From NCBI GenBank assembly GCA_963826115.1, contig CAWGVS010000005.1:544001-608000 (forward strand): a DNA stretch of 64,000 nt. Direction: 5' to 3'. Both the position numbers and the translations under genes were made by a program. The stretch is from an uncultured Candidatus Rokubacteria bacterium (GTDB taxonomy: Bacteria > Methylomirabilota > Methylomirabilia > Rokubacteriales > DASRDR01). The notes under the pieces are model-generated. The model saw nothing but the letters and a program-made list of their open reading frames with translations, was not told the DNA's origin and ran no database searches. Below are positions 9,938 through 18,715 of this stretch, piece after piece. The stretch's first letter is position 1. Every line of letters starts with the position of its first letter.

Positions 9938-10729
9938 GTGGAGCTCGGCATCGCAGGGCGCATCGCGCTGGTCACGGGGGGATCGAAGGGCATCGGCCGC
10001 GCGGTGGCCGTCACGCTCGCGGCCGAGGGCTGCCGGGTCGCGATCGCCGCGCGCGGCGCGGAGGCGCTCGAGGAGGCGGCGGCGCACGTCGGCGCGAAGG
10101 GCGCGGAGGTGCTGGCCGTGCCGGCGGACCTCGCCGAGCCCGACGCGCCCCACCGGGTCGTCGAGGCCGTGGTCGCGCGATTCGGCCGGCTCGACATCCT
10201 CGTGAACAACGCGGGAGCGATCCGGGGCGGGGATTTCCTGACGACGCCGGCGGAGCAGTGGGCGGACGACTGGCGCCTGAAGATCCTCGGCTACGTGCGG
10301 ATGTCCCAGGCCGCCATCCCGGCCATGCGGCCGGGGCGATGGGGCCGCATCGTCAACGTCATTGGCGCCGCGGCCCGAAACCCGGCCACGACCTACATGG
10401 CGGGCGGCATCGCCAACGCCGGGCTGATCAACTTCACCCGCGCGCTCGCCGACCTGGGCGCCCCGGACGGGATCCTCGTGAACGCCGTGAGCCCCGGCCC
10501 GACCGCGACCGAGCGCTGGGACCGCCTGGCCGCGCAGCAGGCCAGGGCCCTCGGCAAGACCGTGGACGCCTATCGCGACGAGGAGGCGCGGAAGCAGCCG
10601 CTGGGCCGCGTCGGGCGGCCCGAGGACGTCGCGGACGTGGTGGCGTTCCTCGCCTCCGAGCGCGCGGGGTTCGTCACGGGCGCCTCGATCACGGTGGACG
10701 GCGGCGCGAGCCGTGGCGTCTACCTCTGA
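9938..10729 (+). CDS. SDR family oxidoreductase
   Basis: TGGSKGIG, NNAG, VNAVSPG, GFVTGASITVDGG. The YxxxK motif is atypical (YMAGGIANAG). Confidence 0.85.
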   Translation: MELGIAGRIALVTGGSKGIGRAVAVTLAAEGCRVAIAARGAEALEEAAAHVGAKGAEVLAVPADLAEPDAPHRVVEAVVARFGRLDILVNNAGAIRGGDFLTTPAEQWADDWRLKILGYVRMSQAAIPAMRPGRWGRIVNVIGAAARNPATTYMAGGIANAGLINFTRALADLGAPDGILVNAVSPGPTATERWDRLAAQQARALGKTVDAYRDEEARKQPLGRVGRPEDVADVVAFLASERAGFVTGASITVDGGASRGVYL

Positions 10730-10772
10730 GGTTTGACCGGCCCTAACTCGCACGCCCGTCGGGGGAATCCGC

Positions 10773-10802
10773 TTGACACCGGTCCCGGCGCCCGAGTACG
10801 TT
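10773..10802 (+). promoter_or_regulatory. sigma70-like promoter for the RRM gene
   Basis: TTGACA-N18-TACGTT. Confidence 0.5.
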
Positions 10803-10855
10803 CGTCGCACTCCAGCGGGGCTCTTCTTGAGTGACGTTCGGTTCGTCCGCCACCC

Positions 10856-10893
10856 GCCCTTGGAGAGGCGCGCCTCTCCGAGGGCTTTGTTGT
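10856..10893 (+). terminator. Terminator-like hairpin within the RRM gene 5' leader
   Basis: GCCCTTGGAGAGG-CGCG-CCTCTCCGAGGGC (13-bp stem, one G-U) followed by TTTGTTGT. Confidence 0.55.
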
Positions 10894-10918
10894 CTCTCCC
10901 CGAGGCCGGAGGTGACCG

Positions 10919-11260
10919 ATGTCCGCGAAGCTCTTCGTTGGAAACCTGTCCTACCAGGCCACGGAGGAGGACCTTCGGGAGCTCTTCCAGCAGGCCGGAA
11001 CCGTCCAGTCGGTTCGCATCGTGACCGACCAGTTCACCGGTCGGCCGCGGGGCTTCGGCTTCGTGGAGATGTCGACGCCCGAGGAGGCCACGCGCGCGGT
11101 GGACCAGCTGAACGGCCGGGTGTTCCGCGATCGGAACCTCGTCGTCGACCAGGCGCGCTCCCAGGCGGGAGGCGGAGGCGGTGGCCGACCGCCGGGGCGC
11201 GGACCTCGTGACGATCGGCGCGGGCCGGGCGGGGGCGGAGGCCGGAGCTTCAACCGCTAG
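10919..11260 (+). CDS. RRM (RNP-1) RNA-binding protein with Gly/Arg tail
   Basis: KLFVGNL (RNP2), RGFGFVEM (RNP1). SD GGAGGT. Confidence 0.93.
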   Translation: MSAKLFVGNLSYQATEEDLRELFQQAGTVQSVRIVTDQFTGRPRGFGFVEMSTPEEATRAVDQLNGRVFRDRNLVVDQARSQAGGGGGGRPPGRGPRDDRRGPGGGGGRSFNR

Positions 11261-11350
11261 CCGAGCCTCGCCGGGCGGCGTCCCCGTCACGTCGGGCGGT
11301 CCATGCTCCGGCCCGCCCCTCCAGCTCCCCTCCACTATCTATGTCCGTGC

Positions 11351-11379
11351 TTGCCGCAGGATATCAACACCCGTATAGT
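11351..11379 (+). promoter_or_regulatory. sigma70 promoter, probably giving a leaderless mRNA
   Basis: TTGCCG-N17-TATAGT, 7 nt before ATG 11387, no SD. Confidence 0.55.
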
Positions 11380-11386
11380 GCACGCC

Positions 11387-12313
11387 ATGGCCACCCGGTA
11401 CGTCGAGACGTGCGCGAAGAGCGTCCTCAACGCCGTGCAGGGCATGGCGTTCCGTTGGAGCGCGAATCCCTACCGGGGGTGCGTCCATGGCTGCCACTAC
11501 TGCTTCGCGCGGCGCTACCACGCGTACCTCGAACTCGGGACCGGTGACGACTTCAGCGGGGTGATCGTCGTGAAGGTCAACGCGCCGGAGATCCTGCGTC
11601 GGGAGCTCTCGCGACCAGGCTGGCGGCGGGAGACGGTCGCGCTCGGGACGGCGACCGATCCCTACCAGCCGATCGAGGGCCGCTACCGCCTGACGCGAGG
11701 GATGCTCGAGGCGCTCGCCGACGCGCGGACGCCCGTGAGCGTGGTGACGAAGGGGCCGATGGTGATCCGGGACCGTGACGTCCTGACGGGCGTCCGCGAT
11801 CGCGCCGGCGTCTCGGTTTGCGTGAGCCTCACCACGCTCGACCCGGACCGCTGGCGCCGGCTCGAGCCCGGCACCGCGCCTCCCCGCCAGCGGCTGCGGG
11901 CCGTGGCCGCGCTCGCCGCCGCGGGAATTCCCGTCGGCGTGCTGCTCGCCCCCATCGTGCCGGGCCTGACGACCGACCGCGCGAACCTCGAGGCCGTCGT
12001 TCGCGGCGCGGCGGAGCACGGCGCGAGCTTCCTCGGCACCGGCGTGCTCCATCTCGAGCCCGGAGTGCGCGAGCACTTCGACGGCTTCCTCTCCGCCGAC
12101 TCGCCGGACCTCGCGCCACTCTACCGTCGCCTCTACCGCGGCGGGACGCGCGCGCCGGCCGGCGTCGAGCGGAGCCTCGTCACCGCGGTGGACGAGCTCC
12201 GCCGCCGCCACGGCCTGGCGGAGCGCCCGGTCGCGCCGAAGGCGGCGCCCATGCCGGCGGTGGCGCACGAGCGCGCTTGCTCGGTCGACGCCCAGACGAG
12301 CCTCGAGCTCTGA
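11387..12313 (+). CDS. Radical SAM protein, SplB-like / Rv2578c family
   Basis: NPYRGCVHGCHYCFAR (CxxxCxxC), GTATDPYQPIE, LEPGT. C-terminus QTSLEL. Confidence 0.85.
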   Translation: MATRYVETCAKSVLNAVQGMAFRWSANPYRGCVHGCHYCFARRYHAYLELGTGDDFSGVIVVKVNAPEILRRELSRPGWRRETVALGTATDPYQPIEGRYRLTRGMLEALADARTPVSVVTKGPMVIRDRDVLTGVRDRAGVSVCVSLTTLDPDRWRRLEPGTAPPRQRLRAVAALAAAGIPVGVLLAPIVPGLTTDRANLEAVVRGAAEHGASFLGTGVLHLEPGVREHFDGFLSADSPDLAPLYRRLYRGGTRAPAGVERSLVTAVDELRRRHGLAERPVAPKAAPMPAVAHERACSVDAQTSLEL

Positions 12314-12382
12314 GCGTCGGCCGGCCGGACGCGCGCCGATGGACGCTCATCGCGCGCGCCGCCGCCGGATCGCTGCGCGGAG

Positions 12383-12411
12383 TTGACACGCGAACACGCG
12401 CGATCTAGAGT
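12383..12411 (+). promoter_or_regulatory. sigma70 promoter
   Basis: TTGACA-N17-TAGAGT, about 135 nt upstream of the cyclo-ligase start. Confidence 0.55.
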
Positions 12412-12547
12412 CGCCGCGTGGTGGACGTCTCCGACGCGCGGATCCATTCCGCGTCACGCCGACACATAGCTCCGCTCCGCCGGACCGACCGTCACGGGCC
12501 AGCGGGTCCGTGTGCGGGCGGTCGCGGCTAGCGTCGCGAGCACGACC

Positions 12548-13282
12548 GTGGCCGGCGGCGGACGGGCGCTGTCGAAGGACGAGGCTCGCGCCCGCGTCTG
12601 GCGCGAGATGGAGATCCGCGGCGTCGGCCGCTTCCCGGGCGCGGCGGGACGGATCCCGAACTTCGCCGGGGCCGAGCGAGCCGCGCTCCATCTCCAGGGG
12701 CTGCGCGCCTGGCGCGAGGCTCGCGCGGTCAAGATCAATCCGGACGCGCCGCAGCTTCCGGTCCGGCGCATGGCGCTCCGGGAGGGCAAGGTCGTCTACA
12801 TGGCGGTGCCTCGCCTGCGGAGCCTCGAGTGCTTCCTCGAGCTCGACCCGGCCCGGCTCGGCAAGCGCGCGCTCCAGGCGGCATCGATCCGCGGCGCCGA
12901 GCGGCTCGGCCGTCCCGTCGGCATCGAGGCCCTGCCGCGCATCGACCTGATCGTGTGCGGCGCGGTCGCGGTGAACGCGCGTGGCGCCCGGGTGGGGAAG
13001 GGCGGGGGGTTCTCGGACCTCGAGTACGGCCTGCTCGTCGAGGTTGGCCGGGCGGGCTCCGGGACGCCGATCGTGACGACCGTCCACCCGCTGCAGGTTC
13101 TGCCGGAGGCGATCGAGATGCGGCCCCACGACATCGCGGTCGACGTGATCGTGACGCCGGACGGGGTGATCGCGGTCCGGCCCGAGTTCCTGCGGCCGCG
13201 CGGGCTCTACCGCGAGGCGCTCGGACCGGACAAGATCGCCGAGGTGCCGGTCATCGAGCGCGTGCTGCGACAGGGAGCGTAG
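12548..13282 (+). CDS. 5-formyltetrahydrofolate cyclo-ligase family (MTHFSD/archaeal-like)
   Basis: GRIPNFAGA, KINPDAPQ, YMAVPRL, RVGKGGGFSDLEY, HDIAVDVIVTP. Start is uncertain. Confidence 0.82.
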   Translation: MAGGGRALSKDEARARVWREMEIRGVGRFPGAAGRIPNFAGAERAALHLQGLRAWREARAVKINPDAPQLPVRRMALREGKVVYMAVPRLRSLECFLELDPARLGKRALQAASIRGAERLGRPVGIEALPRIDLIVCGAVAVNARGARVGKGGGFSDLEYGLLVEVGRAGSGTPIVTTVHPLQVLPEAIEMRPHDIAVDVIVTPDGVIAVRPEFLRPRGLYREALGPDKIAEVPVIERVLRQGA

Positions 13283-13287
13283 GCGGC

Positions 13288-14220
13288 GTGGACGCCCCCA
13301 TCGGTCTGGTCCACGGTCTCCTGCCGGTCACGGCGCACGTGAGCGCGCGCGTCGCGGCGGCCCACCCGTCGGCGCGGATCCTGGGGACCGAGCGGATGGG
13401 CTCGGCGGTGGTCGTCGACCCGGGTGGCCTCCTCCTGACCGTCAACTACGTGGTGATGGGGGCCCGGCGGGTCCGCGTCACGATGACCGACGGGCGCCGG
13501 CTCGACGCGAAGATCGCGGCGCAGGACTTCGAGAGTGGGCTGGCTCTCCTGAAAGTCTCCGCCACCGGGCTCCCCGCGGCGCGGCTCGCGTCGTCGGAGG
13601 ACGTGGCGCTCGGCGCGTCGGTGTTCGTGATCGCGGCGACCGGGCCCACGGACCGGCGGGTCGCGGGCGGCATCGTCACCGACCTCGGCGAGTTCGAGGC
13701 GTACTGGGAGTACCTGCTCGACCGCGGGATCGTGTCGAGCGCCGGCAACCCGGGGTTCGGCGGCGGCCCGCTCTTCGACGTGCGGGGCTCGGTCGTCGGC
13801 ATCGCGTCCCTCAACCTCGAGGGCATCGGGCGGGAGTCCCTGTCGATCCCCGTGGAGTACTTCACGCGTCACTGGTCGGAGCTCCTGCGCTACGGGCGCG
13901 TCGCCAGCCGCCGCCGCCGTGCGTGGATCGGCCTGTTCCCGCACGCGCTCGACGAGCGCCTGATCGTGGCCGGGCTGGTGCCGGACGGCCCGGGCGAGCG
14001 GGGGGGCCTCCAGGACGGGGACGTGATCCTGCGCGTCGACGAGCAGGAGGTGTCGAGCCGCCGCGATCTCTACGCGGCCCTCTGGCGCCACGAGCCGGGC
14101 GAGCGCGTCCTGTTCGACGTGATGCGCGAGGAGCGCCAGCACCGCGTCGAGGTGGTGGCGCAGGACCGGTCCGACTTCTACGCGCTCGAGCGGCGGGGCT
14201 CGGGCGATACCCCCGCCTAG
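13288..14220 (+). CDS. S1C/HtrA-like trypsin fold plus PDZ protein, catalytic residues substituted
   Basis: GSAVVVD, LLTVNYVV, D...LALLKV, NPGFGGGPL, C-terminal PDZ (WIGL, GLQDGDVIL). Confidence 0.8.
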   Translation: MDAPIGLVHGLLPVTAHVSARVAAAHPSARILGTERMGSAVVVDPGGLLLTVNYVVMGARRVRVTMTDGRRLDAKIAAQDFESGLALLKVSATGLPAARLASSEDVALGASVFVIAATGPTDRRVAGGIVTDLGEFEAYWEYLLDRGIVSSAGNPGFGGGPLFDVRGSVVGIASLNLEGIGRESLSIPVEYFTRHWSELLRYGRVASRRRRAWIGLFPHALDERLIVAGLVPDGPGERGGLQDGDVILRVDEQEVSSRRDLYAALWRHEPGERVLFDVMREERQHRVEVVAQDRSDFYALERRGSGDTPA

Positions 14221-14386
14221 TCTCCGGCGTCCTCGCCGGCCGTCCGCCCTCGGACACTGGACGCGACGCTCGGCGCGCTTCTTGACAGCGCCGTCCAGCC
14301 TGCTACTGGAAGTAGTGAAGGCCGGCGAGCGGCCCACGGACGCGAAGGGCGTTCGGATTCACTACAAACGTTGGAGGAGACGATTC

Positions 14387-14884
14387 ATGTTTGAGCTGAC
14401 GCGACGGTCCCCGTTCGGGTCCATGTTTCACGTTCATCGGGAGCTCGACGATCTGCTGTCCCGCTTCCTGGGGCAGGATGCCCCGGCCCCCTATCGCGGC
14501 GAGGCGGAGCCCGTCACCTGGTGGCCGGCGGTGGAGAGCTACGCCAAGGACGGCAATCTCCACGTGCGCGTGGCGCTGTCGGGCGTCGATCCGAAGGACG
14601 TGGAGGTGACGGTGGCGGACGACTACCTGACCATCCGCGGCGAGCGCAAGGCGAAGGCCGAGGACCGCGAGGGCGGCCGGTACGTGCGCGAGTTCGCGTA
14701 CGGCTCGTTCGAGCGCACCTTGGCGCTGCCCGAGGGCATCGACGCGGGCCTGGTGAAGGCGACGTTCGCCAACGGCATGCTGGACCTCTCGATCCCCGCG
14801 CCGGTGGCGGTGGTCCCGAAGAAGGTGGAGATCCAGGTGGAGAACGGCGCCGCCGGCGAGGCGAAGTCGATCAAGGCCGCCTGA
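14387..14884 (+). CDS. Hsp20/alpha-crystallin small heat-shock protein
   Basis: GVDPKDVEV, LTIRGER, REFAYGSFERTLALP, ATFANGMLDL. SD GGAGGAG. Confidence 0.93.
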   Translation: MFELTRRSPFGSMFHVHRELDDLLSRFLGQDAPAPYRGEAEPVTWWPAVESYAKDGNLHVRVALSGVDPKDVEVTVADDYLTIRGERKAKAEDREGGRYVREFAYGSFERTLALPEGIDAGLVKATFANGMLDLSIPAPVAVVPKKVEIQVENGAAGEAKSIKAA

Positions 14885-14927
14885 CGCCCACTCGTCACCC
14901 GCGCCGGGTGCCCCCGTCCCGGCGTGA

Positions 14928-14958
14928 CACGGCCCCCGGGGATCCCCCGGGGGCCGTG
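14928..14958 (+). terminator. Strong hairpin downstream of hsp20
   Basis: Perfect 14-bp stem CACGGCCCCCGGGG-ATC-CCCCGGGGGCCGTG; no U-tract. Confidence 0.55.
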
Positions 14959-15005
14959 CTGCGTTCGGCCCCGGAGGCCGCGGCGCCTTTGCTATAGTTG
15001 GGCCC

Positions 15006-15842
15006 ATGTGGCCGCGGCTTTCACCCGTCACCGGCGCGGCCGTCCTCCTCCTCTTCGCCCTTGCCGCGCCTGCGGCGGGGGACGACGAGATCCTCCTGAT
15101 CGACACGCACCTCCACTACAGCTCGAACAGCTGGCAGGACTACGCGCCCGGGGCGCTCCTGCTCCTCATGGATCAGAGTGGCGTCCGGCGGGCATTCGTC
15201 TCGAGCACTCCCGACGACGGCACGGTGCGCCTCTACGAGGCCGCGCCCGACCGGATCGTTCCCGTGCTCCGGCCCTACCGCCAGCCGGGCGAGCTTTCGA
15301 GCTGGCACCAGGACCCGACCGTGGTGCCATACCTCGAGCAGCGGCTCGCGCGCGGCATCCACCGCGGGATCGGCGAGTTCCACCTGTATGGCGCCGAGGC
15401 GCGGTCCCCGGTCGTGCGCCAGGTGGCGGAGCTGGCGGCGCGCCACCGCCTCTTCCTCCACTGCCACTGCGACGCCGAGGCGGTGGAGATCCTGGTCGGC
15501 CTGGTGCCCGGCGTCCCCGTCCTCTGGGCGCACGCGGGCATGAGCTCGGGCGCCGTCGAAGTGGGACGCCTCGTCGGCGTGTCGGCCGACCTCCGCGTGG
15601 AGCTGGCGCTCCGGTCGGACGTGGCGCCGGGCGGCCGGCTCGACCCGGCGTGGCGCGACCTGTTCGTCCGGCACGCCGACCGCTTCATGGTGGGCACCGA
15701 CACCTGGGTCTCGTCGCGCTGGGCCAGCTACGTCGACGTCCAGAACGACACGCGCGTCTGGCTGCGCCAGCTCCCGCCCGACGTCGCGCGTCGCCTGGCT
15801 ACCGAGAACGCCGAGACGCTGCTCGCGCGTCCGGCCCCCTGA
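15006..15842 (+). CDS. Exported amidohydrolase-superfamily protein
   Basis: Signal peptide, IDTHLHY (HxH), GIGEFH, WAHAG, FMVGTD. Confidence 0.78.
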   Translation: MWPRLSPVTGAAVLLLFALAAPAAGDDEILLIDTHLHYSSNSWQDYAPGALLLLMDQSGVRRAFVSSTPDDGTVRLYEAAPDRIVPVLRPYRQPGELSSWHQDPTVVPYLEQRLARGIHRGIGEFHLYGAEARSPVVRQVAELAARHRLFLHCHCDAEAVEILVGLVPGVPVLWAHAGMSSGAVEVGRLVGVSADLRVELALRSDVAPGGRLDPAWRDLFVRHADRFMVGTDTWVSSRWASYVDVQNDTRVWLRQLPPDVARRLATENAETLLARPAP

Positions 15843-15905
15843 GCGCCGCCGGCAGGCCGTCCGGACCATGACCCACGACCACCCCCTGGGGGAGAGCGAC
15901 GACCC

Positions 15906-16694
15906 ATGACCCGCTACGCCGCGAACCTGACCATGCTGTTCAACGAGGTGCCCTTCCTCGAGCGCTTCGAGCGCGCGGCCGCCGCGGGGTTCCGGGCGGT
16001 GGAGTTCCTCTTCATCCACACGGTGGATGCCGGCGCCGTCGAGCGGGAGCTGGAGCGGAACGGTCTCGAGCTCGTGCTCTTCGATCCCGAGGGCGGGGAC
16101 TTCGCGGCCGGCGACCGCGGGTACCTCTGCGATCCCTCGAAGCGGGACCATCTCCACACCACGATCCAGGACGCGGTCGGCACGGCGAAGCGTGTGGGTT
16201 GCCGGCGGCTGAACGTCCTGGCCGGGAACCGGCCCGCGGGCGTCTCCGAGCGCCTCCTCAGGCGCACGGCGGTGGAGAACCTGAAGCGCGGCGCGCCGGT
16301 CGCCGCCGAGGCGGGCATCACGCTCCTGATCGAGATGCTGAACGCGTGGGAGAGCCCCCGCTACTTCCTGGACCGGCTGGAGCTCGGGCTCGACATCGTG
16401 CGGGAGGTCGGCGAGCCGAACGTCCGCTTCCAGTTCGACTGCTACCACGTCCAGCGGATGGAGGGGCAGCTGATCGACGGGCTCGTCCGGAACCTGCCGT
16501 GGATCGGCCACGTCCAGATCGCGGACGTGCCCGGACGCCACGAGCCCGGGACGGGCGAGATCCACTACGAGCGGGTCCTGGGGGCGCTCGACAAGGCCGG
16601 GTACGACGGCTACGTCGGGCTCGAGTACCGGCCCTCGGGGAGGACCGAGGACTCGCTCGCCTGGCTCCCGCGGGAGGCCCGGGCGCGCCGCTAG
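15906..16694 (+). CDS. hyi: Hydroxypyruvate isomerase family
   Basis: RYAANLTMLFNEVPFLERF, FDCYHVQRMEG, HVQIADVPGRHEPGTGEI, VGLEY. Confidence 0.88.
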   Translation: MTRYAANLTMLFNEVPFLERFERAAAAGFRAVEFLFIHTVDAGAVERELERNGLELVLFDPEGGDFAAGDRGYLCDPSKRDHLHTTIQDAVGTAKRVGCRRLNVLAGNRPAGVSERLLRRTAVENLKRGAPVAAEAGITLLIEMLNAWESPRYFLDRLELGLDIVREVGEPNVRFQFDCYHVQRMEGQLIDGLVRNLPWIGHVQIADVPGRHEPGTGEIHYERVLGALDKAGYDGYVGLEYRPSGRTEDSLAWLPREARARR

Positions 16695-17572
16695 CGGCGG
16701 ACCCGGCGCGCGCGCCGACGACCGAGCACCCCGGCGGGCCGGAGACCTCGCGACCCGTCCCCGTCACGACCCCGGTCCGGAGCGCGTTCCGTTACTTCTA
16801 CGAGCACGACGGCTTCTTCCTGGCCGCCGGCCTCTCCTTCTACGTCGTCGTCTGCATCGTGCCGTTCATCCTCCTGGTCATCGCCGGGAGCGCCTTCCTC
16901 ATCTCCAACGAGATGGTGCTCAGGGAGGTCGTCGACCGGCTGGGCACCCTGTTTCCCGTCTACCAGAAGGAGATGGAGACGGCACTCCGGGCGGTGATCG
17001 ACGCGCGCGGCGTGTCGAGCCTGGTCGGCACCCTGATCCTCTTCTTCTTCGCCACCCAGCTGTTCGCCGCGACCCGCCTCGTCCTGAACCGCGTGTTCCA
17101 GCACAAGGGCCGGGGGCTGATCCACGGCGTGCTGTTCGACGTCGGGATGATCGTCCTCCTGACGGTGGGGTTCCTGGGGAGCGTCGCCGTCACCGGGGCT
17201 TTCGCCTGGGTGCGCGGGCTGGCTTTCCTCACCGGGCGAGGCTCGCTCGTGTCGGCGGCGTTCCACTGGGCCGGCCTCGCGCTGACGATGCTCCTCGACA
17301 CCGCGCTCTTCGTGGCGCTCTACCGGTTCGTGCCGAACCGGCGCATCCGCTGGGCCAGCGTGCTGATCGGCGCGGGCGCCACGGCCGTGCTCTGGGAGAG
17401 CGCCAAGCAGGCCTTCCGCTGGTACATCCAGAGCGTGGGCATCTACAGCGCGGTGTACGGGTCCCTCGGGGTCACGATCGCGCTCATGATGTGGGTGTAC
17501 TACTCGGCGATGGTGTTCATCATCGGCGCGGCGCTCATCCGCGGGCTGGAGGAGCACCGGAGCCGCGCTTGA
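16661..17572 (+). CDS. YihY/BrkB family membrane protein (non-canonical start suspected)
   Basis: DGFFLAAGLSFY, LYRFVPN, YSAVYGSLG...MWVYYSA. No ATG/GTG/TTG close upstream of the conserved N-terminus; CTG at 16661 has GAGGA 9 nt upstream. Confidence 0.75.
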   Translation: MAPAGGPGAPLAADPARAPTTEHPGGPETSRPVPVTTPVRSAFRYFYEHDGFFLAAGLSFYVVVCIVPFILLVIAGSAFLISNEMVLREVVDRLGTLFPVYQKEMETALRAVIDARGVSSLVGTLILFFFATQLFAATRLVLNRVFQHKGRGLIHGVLFDVGMIVLLTVGFLGSVAVTGAFAWVRGLAFLTGRGSLVSAAFHWAGLALTMLLDTALFVALYRFVPNRRIRWASVLIGAGATAVLWESAKQAFRWYIQSVGIYSAVYGSLGVTIALMMWVYYSAMVFIIGAALIRGLEEHRSRA

Positions 17573-17598
17573 CCCCCTCCGCGGCGCCTGACTACAAT
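17569..17598 (+). promoter_or_regulatory. sigma70 promoter for selD
   Basis: TTGACC-N18-TACAAT. Confidence 0.5.
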
Positions 17599-17671
17599 CC
17601 GGCATCGTCCTGCCGCCGCGCCGCATCTTGAGAGCGACGCGGCTCGTTCCGCGAGGGGAGGTGATCCGCCG

Positions 17672-18715
17672 ATGGAGTCCCCGATCAGGCTCACGACGCT
17701 CTCCCACGGGGCCGGCTGAGCCTGCAAGCTCGGGCCAGAGGATCTGGCCCAGGTCCTGCGGATGCTGCCGCAGATCACCGACCCGAACGTGCTCGTCGGG
17801 CCGGAAACCCGCGACGACGCCGCGGTCTACCGACTCGCCGACGGCCTGGGACTGGTGCTGACGGTGGACTTCTTCACGCCCATCGTGGACGACCCGTACG
17901 CCTTCGGCCAGATCGCCGCCGCCAACGCGCTCTCGGACGTCTACGCGATGGGCGGGCGCCCGATCGCCATGCTCTCGATCGTCGGGTTCCCGCGCGACAA
18001 GCTCCCCATGACCGTTCTCGGCGAGGTACTGCGGGGCGGGGCGGACAAGGCGCGCGAGGCGGGCGTGAGCGTGGTGGGCGGCCACTCCGTCGACGACGCC
18101 GAGCCCAAGGCCGGCTACGCCGTGGTCGGCCTGGTCCATCCGGATCGCGTCTGGCGAAACGTCGGCGCCCGGCCCGGCGACGCGATTGTCCTGACCAAGG
18201 CCCTCGGCACGGGGATCATCTCCACCGCGATCAAGCAGGCCAAGGCCCCGGCGCGCGCGGTGGACGCCGCGGTGCGGTCCATGTCGACGCTCAACCGGAG
18301 CGCGGCGGAGGCGGCGGGGACGGTGGCGGTGCACGCGGTGACGGATGTCACCGGCTTCGGCCTCCTCGGGCACCTCGGCGAGATGACGCAGGGCTCGAAG
18401 GTGAGCGCCCGGATCCACGCGGCGCGCCTCCCGCTCCTCCCGGACGTGGTCGCGCTCGCCGAGGCGGGCCTGATCCCGGGCGGCACCCGGCGGAACCTCC
18501 AGGCGGTGGCGGCGATGGTGCGATGGGACCCCGCGATTCCCGAGCCGCTCCGCTTCGTCATCGGCGACGCGCAGACGTCCGGCGGGCTCCTGGTCGCCAC
18601 TCCCGACCCGGACGGGCTCCTGCGGGCCCTGGCCACCGCCGGCGTGGAAGGCGCGGCCCGGATCGGCGAGATCGTCGGGGAGGACCCCGCGGGAACCATC
18701 GAGGTGATGCCATGA
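17672..18715 (+). CDS. selD: Selenide, water dikinase SelD, selenocysteine-containing (UGA at codon 16)
   Basis: ATG 17672 after SD GGAGGTG reads MESPIRLTTLSHGAG-U(TGA 17717-17719)-ACKLGPEDL, in frame with DDAAVY, TVDFFTPIVDDP, NALSDVYAMGG, TDVTGFGLLGH, DAQTSGGLL. Confidence 0.95.
17732..17750 (+). promoter_or_regulatory. Bacterial SECIS element candidate
   Basis: GGGCCAGA-GGA-TCTGGCCC, a perfect 8-bp stem with a G-containing loop, 12 nt after the UGA. Confidence 0.75.
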
